This document shows, piece by piece, positions 1-9,765 of a stretch of 40,000 nucleotides of DNA. The position numbers and the translations under genes were made by a program. Source of the stretch: Methanohalophilus halophilus (GTDB lineage Archaea > Halobacteriota > Methanosarcinia > Methanosarcinales > Methanosarcinaceae); assembly GCF_001889405.1 (NCBI RefSeq), contig NZ_CP017921.1, positions 222,057-262,056 on the forward strand. Direction: 5' to 3'. Each line of letters starts with the position of its first letter. Position 1 is the stretch's first letter. A model generated the notes under the pieces. It was not told where the DNA came from. It did no database searches and saw nothing but the letters and a program-made list of their open reading frames with translations.

Positions 1-214
1 GATATGCAGCTGATAAAAAAGCAAATGCAGAGAGATTAAAAAGGCAACTTCAGAAGTAAATAAGATCATATTTATTAAATTATTATTGCCTTACCATTTG
101 TCGCCTTGTATGGATGAGTTTATATAAAATAGCGACCTTCAACCTCCCTCAAAATACGCATATAGTAGAAAATATATAATATACTGTGTGTTTTGGATGT
201 TGATTTAGGACATA

Positions 215-1108
215 TCATAAATGAACATAATCATATGACATCTGCATTAATCTCCTGATTATTTCTTCATTATCTACAAGATCTTTTTTTACCAAACGGA
301 TTCTTTGAAGCCCACTTCTACGGTTGTAATCCATAAGGTCTAAGCCTGATTCAAGAAGCTCGTTTTGGATATCTTCTGAGTCTTCTAGTTTTAATCGCAT
401 AATCAGGTAACTTTTCCTTGCCTTAAAACTTACAAAATTATCTGCTGAACCGTCTTTTGCCAAACCAATATAATATTTGTTATATTTGAGTTCAAAGGTG
501 GGATCGATCTCTTTGATTAATTGAAGTAAATTATCCGTCAGTTCCACTGTTTCTTTAGATCCTTTATTTTCCCAATAATACCTATCTACAACTTCAGTTA
601 CTTCCTCATCTTCATCGATGAGACCAAGTTCAAATTCATCCAGTATCTTTGTGAAAGTCAGAGCAAGGCCGGAAGTATTTTCCACTTCATAAGCATTCAT
701 TTGGATGGCAACAATAGGTATGTTGCCGTTAAAGAGCTGGATTACATTAAAAAATCGACTTGTAATATCCTCGGCTATAATCACAGCACAATGGTCATAT
801 TGTGGATATTTCTTTCTTTCATTATCCCAGTATTCTATAGTCCTTATTATGTGAGATTCATCTGTTTTACCTAATTGAATTTCAACTTCATATCTTTTTA
901 AAGAATCAGGGTCCTGAAGTAATAAATCAAGCCGACCAGCACCTCGATGATTGCGTTCTATATCTTTCAGAATCAAATCTCCAAACCCTAGTATTGAAGG
1001 ATCAGAAGATATTTGCTCCTGTATCCATTTTTCATTTATACCAGAATTTCGTTTCAAAGAAATCTTTTTAAGGTTTATTAAATGCACACCGACCACACCC
1101 CAATACAT
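215..1108 (-). CDS. PD-(D/E)xK nuclease-like protein (NucS/RecB-like core) with uncharacterised C-terminal domain
   Basis: 297-aa ORF. The N-terminal half carries a nuclease-fold style motif string (GRLDLLL ... YEVEIQLGK). The C-terminal half is unassigned. The family call rests on motif recognition only. Confidence 0.5.
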   Translation of the reverse strand: MYWGVVGVHLINLKKISLKRNSGINEKWIQEQISSDPSILGFGDLILKDIERNHRGAGRLDLLLQDPDSLKRYEVEIQLGKTDESHIIRTIEYWDNERKKYPQYDHCAVIIAEDITSRFFNVIQLFNGNIPIVAIQMNAYEVENTSGLALTFTKILDEFELGLIDEDEEVTEVVDRYYWENKGSKETVELTDNLLQLIKEIDPTFELKYNKYYIGLAKDGSADNFVSFKARKSYLIMRLKLEDSEDIQNELLESGLDLMDYNRRSGLQRIRLVKKDLVDNEEIIRRLMQMSYDYVHL

Positions 1109-1306
1109 TACTATAGAATAGATATGTGGAAGTCAAGATATAAAAATTATTTTTACCAAAATTCTGAACATGTCTAACAAAAACAGCATAAAATCATTAA
1201 ACTTTTAATTAACAAACATATTATAGATAAATACAATGATCCAGACCTATCCACAATTAATCTCCATATCCTAAAAAAATAAGTTTACTTCAGCGAGATC
1301 AAACGC

Positions 1307-4063
1307 ATGAGCCACAATCAAAAACCCGAACAAGTAGCCAGAGATCTTATAGATAAAAAGTTGGATGATTCGGGCTGGGCTGTGCAGGATAAGAATCGGC
1401 TCGACTGGAACGCTTCGACCGGTGTTGCGATAAAGGAATACCAGACCGAGGTGGGACCTGCAGACTATGTACTTTTTGTGAATCAGAAGCCTGTCGGAGT
1501 TATTGAAGCCAAAAGGGAAGAGGAAGGTCACCACCTTACTGTTGTTGAAGAGCAGTCAGCTGAATATGCTACGAGCAAGTTGAAGTACCTCAATAATGAA
1601 CCACTTCCTTTTGTGTATGAAAGTACGGGGAAAGTTACAAGATATACTGATTATCGGGACCCAAAGCCAAGATCCAGGCCTGCTTTCTCATTTCATCGTC
1701 CGGAAACATTTCTGCATTATCTCAAACAGGAGAAGAGTTTAAGGGAAAGACTCCTTGAAATGCCCGATTTTAAAACAGATGGATTACGTGATTGCCAGAT
1801 TCGGGCCATTTACAATCTTGAAGAATCTTTTAAAGAAAACCGTCCCCGTGCTCTGGTGCAGATGGCTACAGGATCGGGAAAAACCTATACTGCCATCACG
1901 TTCATTTACAGATTGCTGAAGTTTGCCGATGCTAAGAAAATACTTTTCCTTGTGGATACACGTAACCTGGGAGAACAGGCTGAACAGGAATTCATGGCCT
2001 ATGTACCCAATGATGATAACCGCAAATTTACCGAACTCTATAATGTCCAGCGCCTGACTTCCAATTATATTTCCTCGGATAGCCAGGTGTGCATCTCCAC
2101 TATACAGAGACTTTATTCCATACTGAAAGGTGAAGAACTGGACGAGGAATCAGAAGAGGAAAATCCGGCTGAAAAAGAGTGGAAACCAAAAGAACCCCTG
2201 CCGGTTGTATATAATGAGAATGTTCCCATAGAAGAATTTGACTTCGTGGTTATCGATGAGTGTCATCGCTCCATCTACAATCTGTGGCAGCAGGTGCTTG
2301 ATTACTTTGATGCTTTCCTGATCGGCCTGACGGCTACACCAGATAAACGTACCTTTGCTTTTTTCAATGAGAATGTGGTGAGCGAGTACAGTCATGAGGA
2401 AGCCGTGGCAGACGGGGTGAATGTGGGTTATGAGGTTTATACGATTGAGACCGAGATCACCAAAAACGGAGCAGAGATCAAGGCCGAGGAGTTTGTCGAT
2501 AAACGTGAGAAACTGTCCCGCAAAAAACGCTGGGAGCAGCTTGATGAAGATTTCACATATACTTCAAATAAACTGGATCGTGATGTGGTTAATCCCAGCC
2601 AGATAAGAAATGTGATTCGCACTTTCAAGAATAAACTTCCCGAGATTTTCCCGGGCAGAAAAGAGTTACCCAAGACCCTGATCTTTGCCAAGACGGACAG
2701 CCATGCGGATGATATTATCCAGATCGTGCGAGAAGAGTTCGGAGAGGGGAATGCTTTCTGCAAGAAGGTGACGTACAAGGTGGATGAAGACCCGAAATCC
2801 GTCCTGTCCCAGTTCAGGAATGATTACAATCCCAGAATAGCGGTTACTGTGGACATGATTGCTACCGGCACGGATGTCAAGCCGCTGGAATGCCTTATGT
2901 TCATGAGGGATGTGAAGAGCCGCAATTACTTCGAGCAGATGAAGGGACGCGGTACACGCACCCTGGATTTTGATGATTTGCAGAAGGTGACTCCCTCGTC
3001 AATCTCGGCCAAGACGCATTTTGTGATCGTGGATGCTGTGGGTGTTACCAAATCCATGAAGACCGACAGCCGGCCTCTGGAGCGCAAGAAGGGCATTCCT
3101 ATGAAGGATCTGCTTGGAGCGGTCACCTTCGGAGCAGAGGATGAGGACGTTTATGTTTCTTTGGCCAACCGGCTGGCAAGATTGGAAAAACAGATTACAC
3201 CACAGGAGCGGGAAACCTTTGCCGAGAAGACTGGCGGGAAAGAAATCAATGAGGCCATTAAGGATTTGCTCAATGCCCACAACCCGGATGTAATCGAGGC
3301 AAAGACGCAAATGATTCAGACAGAAGAGCCGGAAATGTCTGAAAATGAGGCCAGAAGGAAGGCACGGGAGAATTTATTCAGCACTGCAAGGGCTACCTTT
3401 ACCGGCCAGTTGAATGAGTATCTGGAAAATGTGCGCAAGGTCCATGAACAGATTATCGATACGGTAAATACGGATACAATCCTGAGAGCGGAATGGGACG
3501 AGGATGCTGTTATCAGGGCTGATGAGGTGGTAAGTGATTTCAAAACCTATCTGGAGGCAAACCGGGAGGAGATCACGGCCCTGAAGATTTTCTATAACCA
3601 GCCCTATCAGCGCAGGGATGTCACTTTCAGGATGATCAAGGATGTGCTGGAAAAACTAAAAGCTGAGAAGCCCTATCTGGCTCCGTTGAGGGTCTGGCAG
3701 GCCTACGAGCAGCTGGAGGAGGTCAACGGGAATTCCCCGAAGAACGAACTCACAGCCCTGATCTCCCTGATCCGCAGGGTTACCGAGATAGACCCGGTAC
3801 TGACTTCCTATGACTTAACCGTAAGCAGGAATTTCCAGAACTGGGTATTCGATAAGCAGGCCGGTACCCTGAAATTCAATGAAGACCAGATGGGCTGGCT
3901 GCGAATGATCAGGGATTACGTGGCTACCAGTTTCCATCTGGAAATCGATGACCTGGATTATCCTCCGTTCGATGCACTGGGAGGACGTGGCCGGATGTAC
4001 CAGCTCTTCGGAAATGAGATGAACACGATGATTGATGAATTGAATGAGGCACTGGCGGTTTGA
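1307..4063 (+). CDS. hsdR: Type I restriction enzyme R subunit (HsdR)
   Basis: 918-aa ORF. It has an N-terminal nuclease region (DKKLDDSGWAV ... VIEAKRE), SF2 helicase motif I (QMATGSGKT), motif II (VIDECHR), later helicase motifs (TATP, QMKGRGTR) and a long helical C-terminal domain typical of EcoEI-like HsdR. It lies in an operon with hsdS and hsdM. Confidence 0.95.
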   Translation: MSHNQKPEQVARDLIDKKLDDSGWAVQDKNRLDWNASTGVAIKEYQTEVGPADYVLFVNQKPVGVIEAKREEEGHHLTVVEEQSAEYATSKLKYLNNEPLPFVYESTGKVTRYTDYRDPKPRSRPAFSFHRPETFLHYLKQEKSLRERLLEMPDFKTDGLRDCQIRAIYNLEESFKENRPRALVQMATGSGKTYTAITFIYRLLKFADAKKILFLVDTRNLGEQAEQEFMAYVPNDDNRKFTELYNVQRLTSNYISSDSQVCISTIQRLYSILKGEELDEESEEENPAEKEWKPKEPLPVVYNENVPIEEFDFVVIDECHRSIYNLWQQVLDYFDAFLIGLTATPDKRTFAFFNENVVSEYSHEEAVADGVNVGYEVYTIETEITKNGAEIKAEEFVDKREKLSRKKRWEQLDEDFTYTSNKLDRDVVNPSQIRNVIRTFKNKLPEIFPGRKELPKTLIFAKTDSHADDIIQIVREEFGEGNAFCKKVTYKVDEDPKSVLSQFRNDYNPRIAVTVDMIATGTDVKPLECLMFMRDVKSRNYFEQMKGRGTRTLDFDDLQKVTPSSISAKTHFVIVDAVGVTKSMKTDSRPLERKKGIPMKDLLGAVTFGAEDEDVYVSLANRLARLEKQITPQERETFAEKTGGKEINEAIKDLLNAHNPDVIEAKTQMIQTEEPEMSENEARRKARENLFSTARATFTGQLNEYLENVRKVHEQIIDTVNTDTILRAEWDEDAVIRADEVVSDFKTYLEANREEITALKIFYNQPYQRRDVTFRMIKDVLEKLKAEKPYLAPLRVWQAYEQLEEVNGNSPKNELTALISLIRRVTEIDPVLTSYDLTVSRNFQNWVFDKQAGTLKFNEDQMGWLRMIRDYVATSFHLEIDDLDYPPFDALGGRGRMYQLFGNEMNTMIDELNEALAV

Positions 4064-4084
4064 ACTCTTATGGTCTTTCAATAA

Positions 4085-5587
4085 ATGAAGTTGTGTGATG
4101 GCATGAAAATTCTATATGATACTAATATTTTGATTCACATACAGGACCCGAAAATTCTTTCTCCAGATCTTCAAGAGTTACTTGCACTAATCAGAGAACA
4201 TAGTCATCAAGAGGTTATTCATCCTGCTTCTCTCAAGGATATAGAAAATGATAATGACGCTGAAAGAAGAGAGATGATTCTATCAAAACTTCATGGTTAT
4301 CCAATACTACCATCACCACCTCAACCAAATGATTCATTTGTGTCTTTGGTAGGCACACCTTCAAATTCACATGACATAAATGATAACGAAATACTGTATT
4401 CACTTTATAAAGATCTCGTAGATTTTATTATTACAGAAGATAAAGGAATACGGAGAAAAGCATTCCGACTGGATGTTGACGATCGCGTTTTTTCTATCTC
4501 TTCAGCACTTGACTATTTCAAAAGATTATATAAAAGGTACGAACCCAAACATACATTGTTAAAGCAATTATATGCTCATGAAATTGACATTGATCAACCC
4601 TTTTTTGATTCTCTAAAAAGAGATTATACCAATTTTCAGCAGTGGTGGACGGAAAAATGTGTGAAACAAAGTCGTAAATGTTGGATATATGAAGAGGAAG
4701 GGGAAATAAAGGGATTTCTGATGCTCAAAGAGGAAACTGAAGCAATAGACACATATCCTCCTCAACCTATTAAATCTCGGGTCAAAATAACAACTTTAAA
4801 AGTAGATTTGTCCGGTTCTAAAATGGGAGAACTGTTTCTAAAAATAGCATTTCAATACTGCATAAATAACAATTTCTTTGAGATATACCTCACCCATTTT
4901 GAAACAAACGATGATTCTCTAGTATATGTAATTGGAAATTATGGTTTTGAGAACATTGGAAAGAGAACCTCCAATGGTGAAGATGTATATTTAAAAAAAT
5001 TCAAAGTGGAAGACACAGGGTTAGAACCTCTTACGATTGCCAATCGATATTATCCATGTTTTAAAGATGATGAAAACATCAAAAAATTTATCATTCCAAT
5101 CCAACCAGACTATCACGATACTCTTTTTCCTGATTGTTCCAGAAGACAGTTGACTTTTGATGACTATACAAAAATAAACGTTCCTGGAAACGCAATTAAA
5201 AAAGCCTATTTGTCGTCCTCAAGAATAACAAAAATAACTCCGGGAAGTATAGTTCTGTTCTATCGCTCTAGAGATCAAAAAGCAATTACAGCTGTAGGTG
5301 TGGTCGATCAAGATCCAATTAGAACAACAGACCCCGCAGAACTGAAAAGAATTGTGGGAAAAAGAAGTGTGTATTCCGATGAAGAACTCATGGGATGGAC
5401 AAAGAAAAACGTATTTGTGATTCCATTTAAACACCATTTATATTTACCAAATCCCTTAAACTTAAACTATTTGAAGGAAAAAGGTATTCTTAAGAGCCAC
5501 CCCCAATCAATAACAGAAATAAACCATGAACGATATGTAGCCCTAAAAAGTGGTGGCAAACTCGATGAACGTTTTACTGTCAATTAA
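4085..5587 (+). CDS. PIN - GNAT acetyltransferase - PUA-like (EVE/ASCH-like) multidomain protein embedded in the type I R-M operon
   Basis: 500-aa ORF between hsdR and hsdS. The N-terminus has PIN-like acidic motifs (ILYDTNILI, DNEILY, ITEDKG). The middle looks like a GNAT fold (GELFLKIAFQYCINNNFFEIYLTHF ... NYGFENIGKR). The C-terminus has a beta-barrel-like signature (PGSIVLFYRSRDQKAITAVGVVD) reminiscent of EVE/ASCH PUA-like domains. The true start may be the second Met at 4103. Domain calls are motif-based. Confidence 0.6.
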   Translation: MKLCDGMKILYDTNILIHIQDPKILSPDLQELLALIREHSHQEVIHPASLKDIENDNDAERREMILSKLHGYPILPSPPQPNDSFVSLVGTPSNSHDINDNEILYSLYKDLVDFIITEDKGIRRKAFRLDVDDRVFSISSALDYFKRLYKRYEPKHTLLKQLYAHEIDIDQPFFDSLKRDYTNFQQWWTEKCVKQSRKCWIYEEEGEIKGFLMLKEETEAIDTYPPQPIKSRVKITTLKVDLSGSKMGELFLKIAFQYCINNNFFEIYLTHFETNDDSLVYVIGNYGFENIGKRTSNGEDVYLKKFKVEDTGLEPLTIANRYYPCFKDDENIKKFIIPIQPDYHDTLFPDCSRRQLTFDDYTKINVPGNAIKKAYLSSSRITKITPGSIVLFYRSRDQKAITAVGVVDQDPIRTTDPAELKRIVGKRSVYSDEELMGWTKKNVFVIPFKHHLYLPNPLNLNYLKEKGILKSHPQSITEINHERYVALKSGGKLDERFTVN

Positions 5588-7550
5588 ACCAGAATATGTT
5601 GATGAAATCCTAAAAGGAAAAAAGAAATTCGAGTTCAGGAAGTCCATTTTTAAAAGAAGAGATATCACCAAAGTCTTCATTTATTCAAGTTCACCAGTCA
5701 AAAAAATTGTTGCATCATTTGAAATTGCCGGCATCATCGAAGATTATCCCGAAAATATATGGGATCAATGCCATGAATATGGAGGTATTACCAAAAACGA
5801 TTTTTTTGACTATTTCAGTAATACTCAAATTGGTTATGCAATCAAGATTTGCAATCTCCATGAGTTCTCCAAACCAATCGATCCCTATCTGCTAAAAAAA
5901 GACTTCAGGCCACCTCAATCTTATTATTATCTGCCTTTAGATTATTTCAGAGATTATGAACCAGTATTAATGGAATCTGGTAACGAGTATCGTACTGAAA
6001 TGGACAGCAAATTAGATACGCAAAAAAACATGCTGAATAAGAATATTTTAAAATTTGAGGAGAAGTACGGGTGGAAAACAGTTCGTTTAGGTGATTTTGC
6101 CATATATAAAAAAGGAAAAAAACCAAAAAAACAACAATCAGAAGGGTCTGATGTATTCAAATATCCATATATCAATATCAGAGCTTTTGATAAAGGGGAA
6201 ATAAAATATTATACTGATGGAGAGAATTGTGTAATATGTGAAGAAGATGACCTAGTAATGGTTTGGGATGGGTCTCGTAGTGGTTATGTTGGAAAGGCAA
6301 TAAAAGGTGCATTAGGTAGCACCTTAATGCGTCTCAAGATCCAAGCTACAGAAAATAAATTTGCTTATTATTTTCTGAAATCTAAATATCTTGAAATTAA
6401 TACAAGAACAAAGGGAACAGGCACACCTCATGTTGACCCTGCTATCCTGTGGAATTATCAATTTCCCTTACCACCCCTCCCCGAACAACGCGCCATCGTT
6501 TCCAAAATCGAGCAACTCTTCAGCGAACTGGACAACGGCATAGCCAACCTCAAAAAGGCACAGGAGCAACTCAAAGTGTACCGGCAGGCGGTGCTGAAGA
6601 AGGCATTTGAGGGAGAACTTACGCGAGAGTGGCGACAGCAGCAGACTGACCTGCCGGATGCGGAGGAATTGTTGGAGCAGATTCGAAAGGAGAGGGAAGA
6701 AAGCTACAACAGGAAACTGGATGAATGGAAAGCGGCGGTTAAAGAGTGGGAAGATGGTGGAAAGAAAGAGAAGAAGCCTTCCAAACCAAAAATGAGCAAA
6801 GAAAACAATCTCCTATCTGAAAGTAAAATAAGTAACTTATCCAATTTACCAAAAAAATGGACATGGACAAAGATAAAGGAAATTTCAATTGTAGGAACTG
6901 GAATCACACCTCTAAAAAAAAGACGGGATTTCTACGAAAATGGAACAATTCCTTGGATTACTAGTGGAGCACTAAACAAATCCTATGTGAATCTACCATC
7001 TGGATACGTTACTGAAACTGCTTTAAATGAAACAAATCTGAAAATTTATCCTAAGCATACTCTACTTGTAGCTCTTTATGGAGAAGGAAAAACACGCGGT
7101 AAGTGCTCTGAATTGCTAATTGAAGCAACAACAAATCAAGCTATTGCTGCAATTGTTCAAGAAGGAACTGAAGAAAAAATAAGACCATATTTAAGATGGT
7201 TTTTGATGAAAAATTATGATGAAATTAGATTAAAATCTTCTGGCGGAGTGCAACCAAATCTAAATTTAGGAATTATAGAAAATACATTCGTACCTCTTTG
7301 CCACTTAAATGAACAACAAGCCATCGTCTCCGAAATCGAAACCCGCCTTTCAGTTTGCGATAAAGTTGAGCAGGACATCGAGGAAAATCTGGAAAAGGCA
7401 GAAGCGCTGCGCCAGAGCATCCTGAAAAAGGCCTTTGAGGGGAAACTGCTCAACCAGCAGGAACTGGAAGAGGTACACAATGCACCGGACTGGGAACCTG
7501 CAGAGGTGCTGCTGGAGAAGGTACAGGCGGAGATAGCCGGTGCGAAATAA
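5550..7550 (+). CDS. hsdS: Type I R-M specificity subunit (HsdS) with N-terminal ASCH (PUA-like) domain fusion
   Basis: 666-aa ORF, longer than a typical HsdS. The first ~115 aa (MNVLLSIKPEYVDEILKGKKKFEFRK ... ) match the ASCH-domain N-terminal signature. Two TRDs follow, each ending in the conserved HsdS region (LPPLPEQRAIVSKIEQLF ... LKKAFEGELT and LCHLNEQQAIVSEIETRL ... LKKAFEGKLL). The start overlaps the upstream gene by 23-38 nt. The likely start is 5565. Confidence 0.88.
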   Translation: MVANSMNVLLSIKPEYVDEILKGKKKFEFRKSIFKRRDITKVFIYSSSPVKKIVASFEIAGIIEDYPENIWDQCHEYGGITKNDFFDYFSNTQIGYAIKICNLHEFSKPIDPYLLKKDFRPPQSYYYLPLDYFRDYEPVLMESGNEYRTEMDSKLDTQKNMLNKNILKFEEKYGWKTVRLGDFAIYKKGKKPKKQQSEGSDVFKYPYINIRAFDKGEIKYYTDGENCVICEEDDLVMVWDGSRSGYVGKAIKGALGSTLMRLKIQATENKFAYYFLKSKYLEINTRTKGTGTPHVDPAILWNYQFPLPPLPEQRAIVSKIEQLFSELDNGIANLKKAQEQLKVYRQAVLKKAFEGELTREWRQQQTDLPDAEELLEQIRKEREESYNRKLDEWKAAVKEWEDGGKKEKKPSKPKMSKENNLLSESKISNLSNLPKKWTWTKIKEISIVGTGITPLKKRRDFYENGTIPWITSGALNKSYVNLPSGYVTETALNETNLKIYPKHTLLVALYGEGKTRGKCSELLIEATTNQAIAAIVQEGTEEKIRPYLRWFLMKNYDEIRLKSSGGVQPNLNLGIIENTFVPLCHLNEQQAIVSEIETRLSVCDKVEQDIEENLEKAEALRQSILKKAFEGKLLNQQELEEVHNAPDWEPAEVLLEKVQAEIAGAK

Positions 7551-7586
7551 AACGTTACAACTAAAAACATTATCAAAGGTCCAACA

Positions 7587-9098
7587 ATGTCAGAAAACAC
7601 ATCATCCATAGTATCCAAGGTATGGAGCTTCTGCAACGTCCTGCGTGACGGCGGGGTCAGTTACGGAGATTATCTGGAGCAGCTGACCTATCTTATTTTC
7701 CTGAAGATGGCCAGTGAGTATAACAAGCCGCCCTATAACCGGGATATCGGGATTCCTGAAGAATACTCATGGGAGGAATTGAAACAGAAACGGGGTGCAG
7801 AACTGGACACTCATTACAGGAAGCTGCTTGAGGAAATGGGGAAAAAGCCCGGTATGCTCGGCCAGATCTTCCTTAAAGCCCAGAACAAGATCAGTGACCC
7901 GGCAATGCTGTACAAGGTCATTGATATGATCGATAAGGAAAGCTGGGTCATGATGGGTGTGGACACCAAGGGAGAGATCTACGAAGGGCTCTTGCAGAAG
8001 AATGCGGAAGATACCAAAAGCGGTGCAGGCCAGTATTTCACACCCCGGCCTCTCATCAAGGTCATGGTGGAATGCCTGCAGCCCGAACCCCTCAAAACCA
8101 TCGGAGATCCCTGCTGTGGTACCGGTGGGTTCTTCCTGGCAGCCTATGACTTCCTCAAAAACCGGGAAGGAGGATTGAACCGGGAACAGAGCCGCTTTTT
8201 GAAAGACAAAACGTTTTCAGGCAACGAAATCGTGGCCGGGACACGCAGGCTGGCACTGATGAATCTCTTTTTGCACAACATCGGTGAGATCGACGGAGAA
8301 CCGATGATCGACAACACCGATGCACTGATTGCCGACGCAGGTAAACGCTACGACTACGTCCTCACCAATCCCCCTTTTGGAAAGAAGAGCAGCATGACCT
8401 TCACAAACGAAGTCGGGGAAATCGAAAAGCAGGATCTCACCTATAACAGGCAGGATTTCTGGGTCACTACAAGTAACAAACAGCTCAACTTCTTGCAACA
8501 CATCCGCACCATGTTAAAAGCCGCAGGTCAGGCAGCAGTGGTCCTTCCTGACAATGTTTTGTTTGAAGGCGGAGTTGGTGAAACTGTACGCAAAAAACTT
8601 CTTGAAACCAGCGATCTGCATACCATACTGAGATTGCCTACAGGCATCTTCTATGCAAACGGTGTGAAAGCAAACGTGCTTTTCTTTGAAGCAAAAAAGG
8701 CTGCTAAAGACCCCTGGACAAAAGAAGTCTGGATTTATGATTATCGTACCAATGTACATCATACCCTGAAAAAGAATCCGATGAAATACTCCGATCTTGA
8801 CGACTTCATCAGGTGCTATAATCCGGAAAACCGTTTCAACCGGGAAGAAACCTGGGGTGAAGACAATCCAGAGGGACGTTTCCGTAGATTCACCTACGAT
8901 GAAATTGTAGCACGGGACAAAACCAATCTGGATATATTCTGGCTCAAGGACGAAAGCCTCGCTGACCTTGACAACCTGCCTGAGCCTGACATTCTGGCAA
9001 ATGAAATTGTGGAGAATCTTGAATCAGCTCTTGAAAGCTTTCAGGAGATTATAACTACGGTTAATGTGCAGGATGAAAAACCAGATGAAGAGGGTTAA
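7587..9098 (+). CDS. hsdM: Type I R-M N6-adenine DNA methyltransferase subunit (HsdM)
   Basis: 503-aa ORF with an HsdM N-terminal domain (WSFCNVLRDGGVSYGDYLEQLTYLIFLKM), SAM motif I (GDPCCGTGGF) and catalytic motif IV (TNPPFG). Confidence 0.95.
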   Translation: MSENTSSIVSKVWSFCNVLRDGGVSYGDYLEQLTYLIFLKMASEYNKPPYNRDIGIPEEYSWEELKQKRGAELDTHYRKLLEEMGKKPGMLGQIFLKAQNKISDPAMLYKVIDMIDKESWVMMGVDTKGEIYEGLLQKNAEDTKSGAGQYFTPRPLIKVMVECLQPEPLKTIGDPCCGTGGFFLAAYDFLKNREGGLNREQSRFLKDKTFSGNEIVAGTRRLALMNLFLHNIGEIDGEPMIDNTDALIADAGKRYDYVLTNPPFGKKSSMTFTNEVGEIEKQDLTYNRQDFWVTTSNKQLNFLQHIRTMLKAAGQAAVVLPDNVLFEGGVGETVRKKLLETSDLHTILRLPTGIFYANGVKANVLFFEAKKAAKDPWTKEVWIYDYRTNVHHTLKKNPMKYSDLDDFIRCYNPENRFNREETWGEDNPEGRFRRFTYDEIVARDKTNLDIFWLKDESLADLDNLPEPDILANEIVENLESALESFQEIITTVNVQDEKPDEEG

Positions 9099-9165
9099 CC
9101 AGATAAACTCCTATGAAGCCTTGAACGCCCTCTGTGCCAATCCTCGGCGATATTGTGATTATGCT

Positions 9166-9765
9166 CTAGGCCCGCCTGCCCCAGTGGATACAGGATTATC
9201 GCAGTCAGATATATGCCACTACACCGGATACCCCATAGGAAGCCCACAGAAGGCCGTGACAAAGAGCAACCCTCAATCAATGTGTAGGCCCTGTCTACCC
9301 CTCTGCGCCTTGTGAGCGGGCTCTGTGTTAAGCCTCGTGGATATTTGGGCCTAACTCCCTTCTAGACTGTCAACCTATGCAGTTATGCGCACATATCCGC
9401 CAGCCCCCATGAATGACACCACTCATCCGTCAAAGAATTTCAACCCACAACCTGCTAAAAAATAACCAAAAAAGCCGCCTGTTGGTGGTTTGTACATCGC
9501 CGGTTATGCAATGACGGCACAAAACCGTTCCCTTGCTAGCGATAAGTCACAAAACCCTGTCAAAAGCCCTATTGTTTTATTACACGTATTTTTATTATTT
9601 CACGTATTAGGCCACCCTAATTTTAAATTTAAGTGTGTCGTATAGAGTTTTTTACCCTATAGAGGGGGGTTTGTGACGTATCGCTATATAGCGCCTTGTT
9701 TTAGTATGACATTAGTTTACCATCTAAATTTTTTTATGTCTAAAACACTAGCAGGCGGGCCCTAG
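9166..9765. repeat. GC-rich noncoding block bounded by 14/15-bp inverted repeats (MITE-like candidate)
   Basis: ctaggcccgcctgc at 9166-9179 and its reverse complement with a 1-nt indel (gcaggcgggccctag) at 9751-9765. A third partial copy (agcaggcggg) lies at 9839-9848. There is no convincing ORF inside, and CTAG/TAG sits at both outer edges. Confidence 0.3.

Noticed and set aside
1-57. Possible 3' end of an upstream plus-strand gene (...YAADKKANAERLKRQLQK*)
   Set aside because: Only ~18 codons are visible at the window edge. That is too little sequence to support a call.
1271-4081. Multiple 60-113-aa ORFs on both strands inside hsdR (for example 2150-2395, 2437-2778, 2999-3310)
   Set aside because: All overlap the well-supported hsdR frame and have no motifs. 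They are interpreted as frame-shadow ORFs.
9064-9315. ORFs 9064-9315 (+) and 9095-9280 (-) in the GC-rich region after hsdM
   Set aside because: No start context, no recognisable motifs, and they overlap each other. The region is better explained as noncoding (see the repeat findings).
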